64,000 nt of DNA, taken from positions 1 to 64,000 of the IMG/VR virus record IMGVR_UViG_3300042934_000547. One strand, given 5' to 3'. Each line of letters begins with the position of its first letter. Positions within the stretch are counted from its first letter, which is position 1. The notes beneath the pieces are model-generated. The model was not told where the DNA came from. It searched no databases and saw nothing but the letters and a program-made list of their open reading frames with translations. Positions 1 through 9,645 of this stretch are shown piece by piece. A program made the translations under genes and the position numbers.

Positions 1-1
1 A

Positions 2-1351
2 CGACTATATCACACTAATAAAGAAGTTCGTGAGCATATGTGTGGGTGTATTAACTATTTCGAAAAGTATTTTGATAAAGATAAAGAATTAATAATGGTT
101 TATTTCAATATCAAATTACTTATTGATAGAGTTAAAGAATATAGTTTAGAAGCACTAATGCAAGATATTGACAGGTATGTAGTTGTTGGATTAAGAAGAA
201 AGATTGATAATATGAATTGTTATAATTACATTATGGATTTATCTAATAAGAATAATGTGACTATAAATCCAAAACTACATTATTCTAACTCTCATGGTAG
301 AGCTATCATGAAAGCTAGTTTATTGATAAATATTGTCATTCCAATTGTTACACATTTTATTTACATCAATAAGCTTACTAACACTGATGAGATATTGATG
401 GCTGTGTATGAGGTTATCTTGAATAGAATAACCATCCAAGACGGAATTAATGTGCTTAACAAAATAAGAGAAACATCAAAACGAGCAGCAGGACAATCAT
501 TATCACAAAATCCAGATAACTGGAAGACACAAGCGATAATTGGTTATAATGTAAGTATGCACGTTGAGGCATCAGTAATCAATCTAATTGTGAATGTATT
601 CTGTAAATATAGGTATGATTCACATTTAGTACATTTAAACCATAAAGCACTAAGAGAACTTGGTGGATGGAAAGTTAACAAAGCACCATTTGATTACAAC
701 TTTACACCAATTAACTCATATAAATCCGATGATGGAAAGACAACTGAAGCAGATAAATATGAGGGTAAGCTGGTTAAAGAAGATGAATCGATATATATTC
801 AAACAGTAGTAAATGGTGACCAAGTAATCAAATATATTGAGAGTAAGTTTGGTCAAGTATCTGATGAGGAAGTGAATTATTACATTGAGAACATTGGAGA
901 AATAAATATCTTCCAGAAATCATTGGTAAGTTATTTATTCTATAAATATTTCGGAGACCCACAATCGGTCAAGTTATTAAGCAATATTAATATCATTAAA
1001 TTAATGGTATGTGGGAAACGAATGTTACTCCATTTAGGTTTAACAGTAATGCCTTATATAATTTCAGGTAAGATAATAAGATTTCCAAATGCAAAGAAAA
1101 ATATAAGCAAGAAAGAAACTGAAAATGTTTCAAGCTCAATATATTTCAAACAGATACAAGATACATATAAATCTAAGAAAATTGAAGAACAAATTATGGG
1201 TATATTTGCCACTATATTAACCGCTGATTTCACAATAATAGATTATGATAATCAAGAGTTAACTGGAACGACTTTACCTAATATAGAATTGGCAAAGTAT
1301 AAGATTTCAGATGAAATTATAACTGTAATAAACTTAATCAACATGCGATAG
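2..1351 (+). CDS. Probable promoter-specificity (sigma-like) subunit of the non-virion phage RNA polymerase (AR9 gp226 / phiKZ gp68-like); 5'-truncated by the window edge
   Basis: Frame is open from base 2 (RLYHTNKEVREHMCGCINYFEKYFDKD...). Helical protein of more than 440 aa with INYFEKYFDKD, IVIPIVTHF and FQKSLVSYLFYKYFGD segments that I recall from this family. It precedes the primase. Not verified by HMM. Confidence 0.5.
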   Translation, partial: RLYHTNKEVREHMCGCINYFEKYFDKDKELIMVYFNIKLLIDRVKEYSLEALMQDIDRYVVVGLRRKIDNMNCYNYIMDLSNKNNVTINPKLHYSNSHGRAIMKASLLINIVIPIVTHFIYINKLTNTDEILMAVYEVILNRITIQDGINVLNKIRETSKRAAGQSLSQNPDNWKTQAIIGYNVSMHVEASVINLIVNVFCKYRYDSHLVHLNHKALRELGGWKVNKAPFDYNFTPINSYKSDDGKTTEADKYEGKLVKEDESIYIQTVVNGDQVIKYIESKFGQVSDEEVNYYIENIGEINIFQKSLVSYLFYKYFGDPQSVKLLSNINIIKLMVCGKRMLLHLGLTVMPYIISGKIIRFPNAKKNISKKETENVSSSIYFKQIQDTYKSKKIEEQIMGIFATILTADFTIIDYDNQELTGTTLPNIELAKYKISDEIITVINLINMR

Positions 1352-1364
1352 GAGATGATATTCA

Positions 1365-2402
1365 ATGTTATCTCCTGATCGTCTAAGAGAAGTTCTTCAA
1401 ATGACATTTCCAGTCGCTCGTATTGGTTCTGGTGGAAAAAATGTTGTAGTTAGATGTATGTATTGCGGTGATGCAGTTAATCCTAACCATGCCCATTTGG
1501 GTATTAACTTAGGATATAATGAAACACCAGTTATGTTTAATTGTTTCAAATGCGGAGCTTCAGGATTAGTAAGTAGAGATGTATTGGTATCGTGGGGAGT
1601 TTATGACCCTGAAATATTATCAGAAGTCATATCCCATAATAAGATAACTTTATCATTAGCTCAAAATCTTAAGTATAGGAGTTATAAACGATTACTCAAA
1701 AATGAATTTATTAGAAATCATGAGATATCTAAGCGGAAATTAGAATATATAAATCAACGATTAGGAGTTGATTTAGGATTTTCTGATATGCCAGCTAATA
1801 AGATTATTCTAAATCTAAAAGATTTATTACAGAGTAATTATATTACAACCTTCACTCGACATGATAATATCATTGAGCAATTAGACCAGCATTTTGTTGG
1901 ATTTATTTCAAATGACAACTGTTATGTAAATTTAAGAAAGATTGATGATGAACCTGTTCACCGAAGTATTGATAATAGATATATTTTATATAATATATTC
2001 AATAACTTTGATAATACAGAAAAGTTTTACACAATACCAAGCAATGTGAATCTAGATGTTAACAAACCTGTGAGGATTAACATTTCTGAAGGAAGTTTTG
2101 ATATTCTATCAGTGATGTATAATCTCAATAGTAATGATAGAGCACAATCGATTAACTCTGCTATATGTGGGAGTAGTTTTTATACACTATTTAAATTATT
2201 CCAGTGTAGATATGGGTTTATCGATATCGAATTACATACGTATAGGGACAATGACGGTAAGAGTAGGGGATTAGATTACTTATATGAAAAACTTCTCCCT
2301 TTACAAATACCTTATTATGACCATGTGAATGTATGTAATAAAGAAAAAGACTTTGGAGTGCCAAGATACAGAATTGACGAAAAAATTACTCAACTTATAT
2401 AA
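1365..2402 (+). CDS. Phage DNA primase (Zn finger + TOPRIM)
   Basis: CMYCGD...NCFKCG zinc-binding domain; TOPRIM motifs ISEGSFD, YRDND and KDFG; GGAG RBS. Confidence 0.8.
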   Translation: MLSPDRLREVLQMTFPVARIGSGGKNVVVRCMYCGDAVNPNHAHLGINLGYNETPVMFNCFKCGASGLVSRDVLVSWGVYDPEILSEVISHNKITLSLAQNLKYRSYKRLLKNEFIRNHEISKRKLEYINQRLGVDLGFSDMPANKIILNLKDLLQSNYITTFTRHDNIIEQLDQHFVGFISNDNCYVNLRKIDDEPVHRSIDNRYILYNIFNNFDNTEKFYTIPSNVNLDVNKPVRINISEGSFDILSVMYNLNSNDRAQSINSAICGSSFYTLFKLFQCRYGFIDIELHTYRDNDGKSRGLDYLYEKLLPLQIPYYDHVNVCNKEKDFGVPRYRIDEKITQLI

Positions 2403-2403
2403 T

Positions 2404-2438
2404 AAGAGATATCTGCGTAGATATCTCTTTATTTTTTC
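2404..2438 (+). terminator. Intrinsic terminator
   Basis: AAGAGATATCT-gcgt-AGATATCTCTT stem followed by a T-tract directly after the primase stop. Confidence 0.85.
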
Positions 2439-2458
2439 TTTAAAAAGGAGGGATATCT

Positions 2459-3676
2459 ATGGGCAAGTTAATAAATTCAACTGGTTATATTGATAGTATG
2501 AAAAACATAGTTGATGGTTATAATACTAGACTAGAAAATCCGTATTATAAATTTACAAGAGAAAAAGGTACAATAGTCACTTATTATCATATCGATAAAA
2601 ATGCTTCATCATTAGATGAAAATCTTAAAATACCTGATGATGATCTTGGAGAAAATTCACCATTAAGATATAATAAGATACTTGGGTATGTTCTACATGG
2701 ATTGGATGCTATTCAATTGCAATTAGAATATGATGAAACTGGACTAGTAACCGAAGCTATCCAAGGTTCATGTACTAAAGTTTTTTCAGATGGATTGGTT
2801 CCATATCCAAATGATTTTTTTAAGATAGATTATGTCCAAGGTAGTATACTATTTAGGATAATTTCAACAACTCCAGATACACTCGAAAATGGTGCTAATA
2901 TGTGGAGATTGGATTATGAATTATCTAAGACAACCGATGCAACTATTGAACTACAAACTATCAATACTTTTAACTTTGTATTCGAGAATGTTGGTACAGA
3001 GAGCAATCCATTTATAAGAGATGCTGATTATACAGTTATCGCTGACTTAGATAAACAGATAGACGATCTCTACGTTATTTATCGCAATCTCTTCTTTAAT
3101 GATAGGGTAGAATCATTCACTACTGATGATGGATTATATGATGAATATTTAATTGAGTTCATGATACGTAATGAGATTAGATTTGATAAACCATATCTAG
3201 CATTAGTTCAGCGTACTCTACCAGAAAGAAAGTTCAATTTAAATTACAATCGTTCAATTTTTAAATCATTAGAAGAACCTACTGGTAATTTATATAAGAC
3301 TATACGAGTTATCAAGAGTGAAATTAGGGACATCATGTCTATATTTACATCAAGACAAGAAATTTATTATAGAATGTTATATTCAGAACCTGAACCTAAA
3401 CTGCCGAATATGAACTATGAGTATTTAGAAGTTTTTGATGAAATATTCTATAATAATATAGAACAGCAAATATTCTATGCTCCTGATAGATTAGAGAATA
3501 TCATTATTAAATATTTTAATGATTTAGGTTTGACTCAAGCTGATCTACAACTCATTAAAAACACTGATTATTATGATGGAAATGTAAAAAATTATTATTT
3601 GATACCCATTATAATCTTCATTTTGACCAATTATGGTAAGAATTTGATGGGTAAAGAGATAGCTAAAATTACATAA
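2459..3676 (+). CDS. Conserved jumbo-phage virion structural protein (possibly neck/head-completion)
   Basis: 405-aa ORF with AGGAGG RBS and a beta-rich N-half (LVPYPNDFFKIDY...FRI) resembling head-tail joining proteins. Function inferred only. Confidence 0.4.
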   Translation: MGKLINSTGYIDSMKNIVDGYNTRLENPYYKFTREKGTIVTYYHIDKNASSLDENLKIPDDDLGENSPLRYNKILGYVLHGLDAIQLQLEYDETGLVTEAIQGSCTKVFSDGLVPYPNDFFKIDYVQGSILFRIISTTPDTLENGANMWRLDYELSKTTDATIELQTINTFNFVFENVGTESNPFIRDADYTVIADLDKQIDDLYVIYRNLFFNDRVESFTTDDGLYDEYLIEFMIRNEIRFDKPYLALVQRTLPERKFNLNYNRSIFKSLEEPTGNLYKTIRVIKSEIRDIMSIFTSRQEIYYRMLYSEPEPKLPNMNYEYLEVFDEIFYNNIEQQIFYAPDRLENIIIKYFNDLGLTQADLQLIKNTDYYDGNVKNYYLIPIIIFILTNYGKNLMGKEIAKIT

Positions 3677-3680
3677 ACCA

Positions 3681-3692
3681 AACATTGATATA
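3681..3692 (+). promoter_or_regulatory. Late-type promoter AACA-N6-TA
   Basis: AACAttgataTA just upstream of the AAGGAGG RBS of 3715; member of a recurring motif. Confidence 0.6.
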
Positions 3693-3714
3693 ATTAAATT
3701 AAGGAGGTATTTTT

Positions 3715-4023
3715 ATGATAACACCATATAACGATTTGAAACGTCAAACCCTTGAAGATATAGTTTCTGAAGATGAAAGCTATTTAGTGGATAAAGATAG
3801 GAAACCTATTACTGAAGGGAATAGTGAAGATAATAATATCGAAGATGAAAGCGATATTGATGATCTTACTGATGAAGAATTAGAGGAACTTTTATCTGAT
3901 AGCGGCGAAGAACCAGAATACGAAGATGACGATTGTGGTGATGACTGCGGCGATGATTGTGACGACGATGACGACTGTGGATATGTGTATCCAGATGATG
4001 ACTGCGACGGGGAGGACGATTAA
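3715..4023 (+). CDS. Highly acidic protein with Asp/Cys-rich C-terminus
   Basis: AAGGAGG RBS; 102 aa dominated by D/E; tail DDDCGDDCGDDCDDDDDCGYVYPDDDCDGEDD. Confidence 0.7.
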   Translation: MITPYNDLKRQTLEDIVSEDESYLVDKDRKPITEGNSEDNNIEDESDIDDLTDEELEELLSDSGEEPEYEDDDCGDDCGDDCDDDDDCGYVYPDDDCDGEDD

Positions 4024-5189
4024 TGAATAAGCTAGTAAATATTTTTAGTAGGACCTCAATGCCGTATTTCCAAAATAGAAGAGGTCATATTTTAAAACAA
4101 GAATGTAACGCTGGACAGATAAAAATGTCTATAACACAGGGGTATCGAGTAGAAGAAATTTTATCAAATGGAAATTTAATGCCATTGAACTTCTCGAATT
4201 ATACTACAGAGTTCAAAGATGAAACTGATAGAAGTATGCTACAGGAGATGTTTGATAGATTCTCAATAATGAATTTAGATTTATATACTGTAGCTTCGAG
4301 TGAACCTTTCAAATTTTACATGACTCAATCAAGAAAGCTTTTAAACCAAATGTTATTGACTCAATGGCAGGTTAATGATGCGGCTAAAAAGTTGGAAGAA
4401 GCTTGGAGTCTTTTAGCTGAAAAAGCTGATGCATCTGAGTTAATTGAATTAATTCAAACTATCAATACTGATAATTTGCTTTCATCTTGCAAAGCAGACA
4501 TTACTCGTGTTATTGATAAATTAAACAGTTGTATCGACAATGGAATATCAGAAACTGAAATTAGTGATGGTATTGTATTGATAAACGGTATAAAAGAAAA
4601 AATGAGCGAATTCATTAAGGGTAATCTTGATGAATTAACTACCATGATTAATACATTAAAAGAAGACGTTGCTGCTGAAAAATATAGTGAGCATTGCTTA
4701 CCTCGTATCAATGAAGTAATTGATGCTTATGATGAGCTTGGTAAGTATATAGAGGTTCCAGCGGTTCATGTTGATGGTATTACAGGAACAGCTAAGAATG
4801 TCATTTCGAATTTATTGACAAAAGCCACAGAGGAGACAGCTATAGCTAAATATGATGAATTACAAGAATATGAAGGCACTTCTGAATTAGTTGAAGAGTA
4901 TACAAATATATTCAAAACTGTAGAAGAATCTAAGTATCAAGAATTCATAACTAAAGTTAATAACTTTATTGAAGAAGCTAATTCAGGTGATCCGACTGAA
5001 CTACAAGCTGTTTTAACTGAAATATCCACATTGGAATTAGGTACTACTAAAAATGAGAAGAACCTAAAAAACAAAGTTAAAGAAGCTAATACGTTATTAG
5101 AAACTAATAAGTATGCTCAAACTGCTTTAGATCAATTAACTGTCGAACTGAGAAGTTTAATGGAAAAGATTGAGAGTGCTAAAAAGTAA
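4023..5189 (+). CDS. Hypothetical coiled-coil protein
   Basis: 388 aa, E/K/L-rich helical composition; TAATG overlap with the upstream gene. Confidence 0.7.
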   Translation: MNKLVNIFSRTSMPYFQNRRGHILKQECNAGQIKMSITQGYRVEEILSNGNLMPLNFSNYTTEFKDETDRSMLQEMFDRFSIMNLDLYTVASSEPFKFYMTQSRKLLNQMLLTQWQVNDAAKKLEEAWSLLAEKADASELIELIQTINTDNLLSSCKADITRVIDKLNSCIDNGISETEISDGIVLINGIKEKMSEFIKGNLDELTTMINTLKEDVAAEKYSEHCLPRINEVIDAYDELGKYIEVPAVHVDGITGTAKNVISNLLTKATEETAIAKYDELQEYEGTSELVEEYTNIFKTVEESKYQEFITKVNNFIEEANSGDPTELQAVLTEISTLELGTTKNEKNLKNKVKEANTLLETNKYAQTALDQLTVELRSLMEKIESAKK

Positions 5190-5321
5190 TAAAAAAAATA
5201 AAGAGTTGGGAGCTCCTTATTTTTCTCTTTCTCTTCTTCCGTTAATTTGTGCTAAATTATCTTCAAGTTCCTTTAGTGTGTGGTAAATGTATCCAATGAA
5301 AATGAAGATATTGTCCCAAAT

Positions 5322-5396
5322 CTAATCTTCATAATCTGTCTCGTCATACGATGGATCTAAATAGATATCATCATACTCTTCATAATCATTGTACAT
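5322..5396 (-). CDS. Small acidic Tyr-rich peptide MYNDYEEYDDIYLDPSYDETDYED (24 aa), missed by the ORF track
   Basis: Strong AGGAGGTGA RBS upstream of the ATG at 5396; TAG stop; only plausible target of the early promoter at 5518-5551. Confidence 0.55.
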   Translation of the reverse strand: MYNDYEEYDDIYLDPSYDETDYED

Positions 5397-5517
5397 TTAC
5401 TGTCACCTCCTCTGCTGTCAATCTAACCTGTTAGGGTAAATTGTGATTCGAAAGGAGATAAAGGGTATTTTAAGTGGGTTGTTGTTTAAATACCCTCAAA
5501 TATCCAGTTCATATATA

Positions 5518-5551
5518 TATAATATACACTTAAAAAAGCTAAATTTTGCAG
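5518..5551 (-). promoter_or_regulatory. Early-type promoter CTGCAA-N17-TGTATATTATA
   Basis: Same bipartite motif and 17-nt spacer as at 17389, 21278, 34806 and 43577. Confidence 0.6.
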
Positions 5552-5560
5552 TAGAAATAT

Positions 5561-5586
5561 TAGGGTAGGTTTATAAACCTACCCTA
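5561..5586. terminator. Palindromic terminator
   Basis: Perfect 26-bp palindrome TAGGGTAGGTTTA/TAAACCTACCCTA just past the RNAP gene stop. Confidence 0.75.
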
Positions 5587-5597
5587 GTTTTATTATC

Positions 5598-7172
5598 TCA
5601 AAATTGCATAGGTTGTAACTTCTCACTTGTGTAGGTCAAAGCATATACAGCATGTATTGCTTCATCCTTAGCTTGCCTAGAGTTTGTTCCTGTTAATCCG
5701 ATTAGATATTTCTTACTATGAATGTATGAACGTATTTCTTCATTTGCCTCATCAGTATATACACCTTTTACAGTTACCTGATCACCGTCGTAATCTCCGC
5801 CAATTGGTATAAGATGAAGATTAGAGAACCGTAATGTATCAATAAACATATTTGATGTATTTGTTCCTATATCCTCTTCATTTATTATCGGATATCTACT
5901 AAACTTACCAAGTCTATCAACTATTATGGATTTCTCAGTATGTTTTGTTGAAGATATGGAAACCTTAGTTGCAAATTGTCCAAAATGTGATTCTATAGGA
6001 TAACGGGTAATCGTTATATGACGATTTTTGACAGATTCTGAACAAGCCATAAAAATTATATCAATCCATAATAATTTACGGCTAATTACTCTACCATCTT
6101 CAGTTTTATAACGGATTTTTGGATGTATAATCTTACCATCTTCAGTTTCCACTGATACTGGAACCAATCGATTAGCGAATCCTTTTATGAATCTATCAAG
6201 TTCTTGCTTTAGTATGTAATCTGTAAATTGCCCATCAATACTTTTTAACCGTACAGGTTCTCCATTATACATCGCTTTATTATCTTCAAAGAATCTTCGT
6301 ATAATGAGTTTCATATTAAAGATATTAAACGGATAAAAAGCAACTGCTGTGGCAGCTAAAGGTACCGATGCTGTATATAAATCACATTCTAAATCATCGA
6401 CAGATTCAACGTTTACATCAGGACAAGTGATAACCAATCTAACTGCATAATCTGTAGTTTTACTCATACCAGCTCTGGCAGTAATACCACCCTTTTTAGC
6501 TAAATTAGGTTCTCTTGTAAACCAATCATATATTGCAACTAATAACGATTGTGTTCGATAGACTGTTGCACCATTCATATCCATTCCATAATCTATTAAG
6601 TCGGAAAGTGAATTGGAACTTATGATTAGTTTTGAGTAGAGTTTATTTATCTCACCAACACCGAATTTTCCATCGGCAGTATTAGCATCTCTAAAACCAG
6701 CAGGAATTACTATCCATTTATCAATAACTGCCAATTTGTCTTTAATCATTTTTTCAACGAATTTAATATTGATATCTCTCTTATTAGAATCCGTTGATTT
6801 AAATTTTATTTTATCTAAATTCTTAATAAGCCATTTGATTCCTGTGTTACCATTCTCAGCAGCTACGATATGACCGTTTTCATCAATTTTAAATGAACCT
6901 TGCTCAGCAATTATTTCATTAATTCTTCTATCCATTCTAGTCATTATGATATAAACTAGTGGATGTATAAATTGAGCTTTAAGATCGATATAAGCATATC
7001 TGTTTTTTCTGTCATTTATCGTAATTCCGAATATATCATTAGATAATAATCCATTAGGTGTCGGCAGATTATCCCTAACAAAATATACAGGATCGTAAAC
7101 TTCTTTTAAATTATTTAGTTTAATGAACTTATTCGTATCAAGTAAATTAAGAACTAAATTCTTCTGATTCAT
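5598..7172 (-). CDS. Phage multisubunit RNA polymerase beta'-like subunit (N-terminal part with catalytic loop; probably the virion RNAP type)
   Basis: GLLSNDIFG (beta' region A-like), WIVIPAGFR, ITRYP and catalytic GGDYDGDQ motif. Start placed at ATG 7172 (AGGTGA RBS). The virion-versus-non-virion assignment is inference. Confidence 0.9.
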   Translation of the reverse strand: MNQKNLVLNLLDTNKFIKLNNLKEVYDPVYFVRDNLPTPNGLLSNDIFGITINDRKNRYAYIDLKAQFIHPLVYIIMTRMDRRINEIIAEQGSFKIDENGHIVAAENGNTGIKWLIKNLDKIKFKSTDSNKRDINIKFVEKMIKDKLAVIDKWIVIPAGFRDANTADGKFGVGEINKLYSKLIISSNSLSDLIDYGMDMNGATVYRTQSLLVAIYDWFTREPNLAKKGGITARAGMSKTTDYAVRLVITCPDVNVESVDDLECDLYTASVPLAATAVAFYPFNIFNMKLIIRRFFEDNKAMYNGEPVRLKSIDGQFTDYILKQELDRFIKGFANRLVPVSVETEDGKIIHPKIRYKTEDGRVISRKLLWIDIIFMACSESVKNRHITITRYPIESHFGQFATKVSISSTKHTEKSIIVDRLGKFSRYPIINEEDIGTNTSNMFIDTLRFSNLHLIPIGGDYDGDQVTVKGVYTDEANEEIRSYIHSKKYLIGLTGTNSRQAKDEAIHAVYALTYTSEKLQPMQF

Positions 7173-7476
7173 ACGCTTCACCTACTTTTATAATAATTTT
7201 ATTATTATTATGTTGTTGGGACACGCAGATTGGGTATATTTTATTGTATTTACTGATGTATGTCATATTAGAAATAGCATTCCAAAATATATTACACTCT
7301 GATGGATTAATGATATTTATAATAAACTCAACATGATTATCATTTTCATTTACTATAACTGAATCCGCAGAGTATGTCATAATTGAATTTACAACCATTA
7401 TTGATTCAAAAGTTTTTAAAATTAATGCTATCAAATCATCAGTATGAATTTTATTAACAAAATTAATCACATCCAT
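7147..7476 (-). CDS. Hypothetical protein
   Basis: 109-aa ORF with GAGG RBS, overlapping the RNAP start. Confidence 0.6.
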   Translation of the reverse strand: MDVINFVNKIHTDDLIALILKTFESIMVVNSIMTYSADSVIVNENDNHVEFIINIINPSECNIFWNAISNMTYISKYNKIYPICVSQQHNNNKIIIKVGEAYESEEFSS

Positions 7477-7521
7477 ACAACCAAACCTCTCTTTTATACA
7501 TAATTAATCCACCATATGAAA

Positions 7522-7549
7522 TGGAGAGAACTCTTACAAGTTCTCTCCA
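7522..7549 (-). terminator. Hairpin/terminator overlapping a stop codon
   Basis: TGGAGAGAACT-cttaca-AGTTCTCTCCA; the TAA of ORF 7534-7698 lies in the loop. Confidence 0.6.
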
Positions 7550-7698
7550 GTCATTGTTTCCTGTACTTCTTCAGCAGCTTCTCTATCTCTATTCACCGTA
7601 TCTTGGAGATATTCTTCTCTATTTTTAACTAAGTTGTATAATGTGATATAATCATACTCCATAGCCTCCTTCAGAGATGTACCTTTAAAATATGGCAT
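7534..7698 (-). CDS. Small ORF MPYFKGTSLKEAMEYDYITLYNLVKNREEY... (54 aa); possible -1 frameshift extension of the upstream hub/chaperone gene
   Basis: Frame open from 7764 to TAA at 7534; only a weak AGGA RBS; overlaps the 3' end of 7719-9260 in the -1 frame. Confidence 0.55.
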   Translation of the reverse strand: MPYFKGTSLKEAMEYDYITLYNLVKNREEYLQDTVNRDREAAEEVQETMTGENL

Positions 7699-7718
7699 AA
7701 AGATCCTGATTAGGAACT

Positions 7719-9260
7719 TTAAGAATTGATCGTAGCCTCCATACGGTGTCTGTAAAAAACCGTACTACGCATACTCATTTCTTCCCCGATGATAGTTTTA
7801 CCGCATTTAGGACACTTTGTATCAAGATATTTATAAGTAACAACTTCTTCAGAATCATCACCAATTATTTTATCTAATACAGATAATCCCTGAGTATCAA
7901 GTGAACGCACGAACTCAGAATAGGCTTTAACTTTAGAAATGTAAGTAGCCTTATCATCCTTCTCATACTTCTTGTAGTCAAGAGGGATAAGTTTTTTGGA
8001 AGCTTTATCGATTTCGTACACATCTTCAAGGAATATTATATACTGGATAGTATCATTGTAATCCTCTTTGAATTTCTCATTACCGTAGAATAACTCTATC
8101 TGAGTTTCAAATAATGATGGTTGTTTGATTTTGATAGCATACTTAGAAGATACCTGTTTAATCTTGTATTCCATTGTTGCTGCATCAGACCATGTACCGT
8201 CGTATTCTTCTAATTTCTTAAAGAAAGCATCTTTAGCTTGAGTAGTTTTGAAAACTGGGATGTCTTCACTCTGTGATGCTTCAGCAAATTCATGCAAACA
8301 TTTCTCATCAGTACACTGTCTTAGTATTGGATTATCTCCCGGGAATGAACTAATATAAGTTAAATAGAATAAACTGTTTTCGTCAGTTGCTTTAATAGCA
8401 CGCATCCAGTCTTCAAATTTAGGTTTATTAGCCATTACACAGTGTTTGTATATTGCTTTAAACATTTTTAGATTAGTTGCGTTATTATTCTGCATTGATG
8501 AACGAGGGTTCAATAACTCTATCTCAACAGCTTTCATTCTATCCATAGTCATGCCGAATCCACTATTTGGTAAATACCAATCAGCAGCTACGCTTGTATC
8601 CATATCAGCCATACTGTTTATAGAATCATATATGCTCTTTGGTTTATCAACAATGGTAAATTCTGTTAAATCAAGTACTTCGCCACTGTTCTGAGAATAT
8701 CCTATTTTACGGAATACATCTTTCATTTCTTTCTTTAATCTATCGCCATCTGCCTCAGATACAACATCTTCGATTTCTTCGCTTAAATACTTGCTGATAT
8801 CGTCATCTGATGTTTTTTCTTCATTGTCATTTACTGGTAACGCAATAGGATTTTTATACACTGGTTTTTTACCTCTATTTCTTTGGTTATAGTTCGAAGG
8901 TCTATTACCTCGTACCGGTTCATCTTCTACTTCAAGATCTGGCGTTGAATCATTTATCAAAGATTCAGTGTCCTTGGCATCTTCAACATCAGCAGCCTCT
9001 TTTTGTTTTTGAGCAAAGTATTCAGCAGCCTCATTTTCTTTCTCTGCAAGTATATCTGCAATCTGTGATTTCTTGACATCTAAGTATGATGGTGCTATTA
9101 CTGCGTTAGGATCTTCCAACTCTTCTGGTTTGAGTTCTTCCCTTTGAGTTGTAACTGGTTTAATAGCATTAGGATTTTCCTTTGGTATAACTACTGATGG
9201 TACAGTTTTATTTTCATCATCACCATCGTGATTTCTTAATTCATCTAAAGATATTGACAT
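7719..9260 (-). CDS. Baseplate hub / tail assembly chaperone-like protein (T4 gp26-like) with long acidic N-terminal region
   Basis: C-terminal CTDEKC and CPKCG zinc-type motifs; adjacent to the gp25-like gene; disordered acidic N-half. Confidence 0.45.
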   Translation of the reverse strand: MSISLDELRNHDGDDENKTVPSVVIPKENPNAIKPVTTQREELKPEELEDPNAVIAPSYLDVKKSQIADILAEKENEAAEYFAQKQKEAADVEDAKDTESLINDSTPDLEVEDEPVRGNRPSNYNQRNRGKKPVYKNPIALPVNDNEEKTSDDDISKYLSEEIEDVVSEADGDRLKKEMKDVFRKIGYSQNSGEVLDLTEFTIVDKPKSIYDSINSMADMDTSVAADWYLPNSGFGMTMDRMKAVEIELLNPRSSMQNNNATNLKMFKAIYKHCVMANKPKFEDWMRAIKATDENSLFYLTYISSFPGDNPILRQCTDEKCLHEFAEASQSEDIPVFKTTQAKDAFFKKLEEYDGTWSDAATMEYKIKQVSSKYAIKIKQPSLFETQIELFYGNEKFKEDYNDTIQYIIFLEDVYEIDKASKKLIPLDYKKYEKDDKATYISKVKAYSEFVRSLDTQGLSVLDKIIGDDSEEVVTYKYLDTKCPKCGKTIIGEEMSMRSTVFYRHRMEATINS

Positions 9261-9282
9261 TTATATATCCTCCATTTTATTT

Positions 9283-9645
9283 TTAATTTTTAAGTTCCAT
9301 TAAAGTTAGAGTATCAGAAGAATCTTCTTTTTTAAATAAATACGTCTTTTTATTGACAGTAATACCAAAGTACAAAGCATGATCTTTATAAACAACTTCA
9401 ACATTTGTATTCAATAATTCAGGAAGATAAGTTTGAATTTGTTTACTGATTTCTTCTTCTAATTCTTGTGTGCCGTCCATTAATGTATAACGACGTTTAG
9501 TGATTCCAATCCCCATTAACGGATGATAGATATTTTCCCCCGGATTTAGTATAATTAACCTAACTATTAAAATTGCTTTGGCGTAATCATCTTCATATCG
9601 GAGAGGTTTATTAAATTCATTTATAGACAAACTTGACTCTTTCAC
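9283..9645 (-). CDS. Baseplate wedge protein, gp25/GPW-like
   Basis: 120 aa with NPGENIYHPLMGIGI, matching the gp25 'GE..P.xG' motif. Confidence 0.65.
   Translation of the reverse strand: MKESSLSINEFNKPLRYEDDYAKAILIVRLIILNPGENIYHPLMGIGITKRRYTLMDGTQELEEEISKQIQTYLPELLNTNVEVVYKDHALYFGITVNKKTYLFKKEDSSDTLTLMELKN

Noticed and set aside
5220-5396. Possible TAG read-through or alternative genetic code (the frame continues after the TAG of the 24-aa peptide)
   Set aside because: Long genes are uninterrupted in code 11, and TAG ends ordinary genes (1349-1351, 28609-28611, 39054-39056). No suppressor tRNA is seen.
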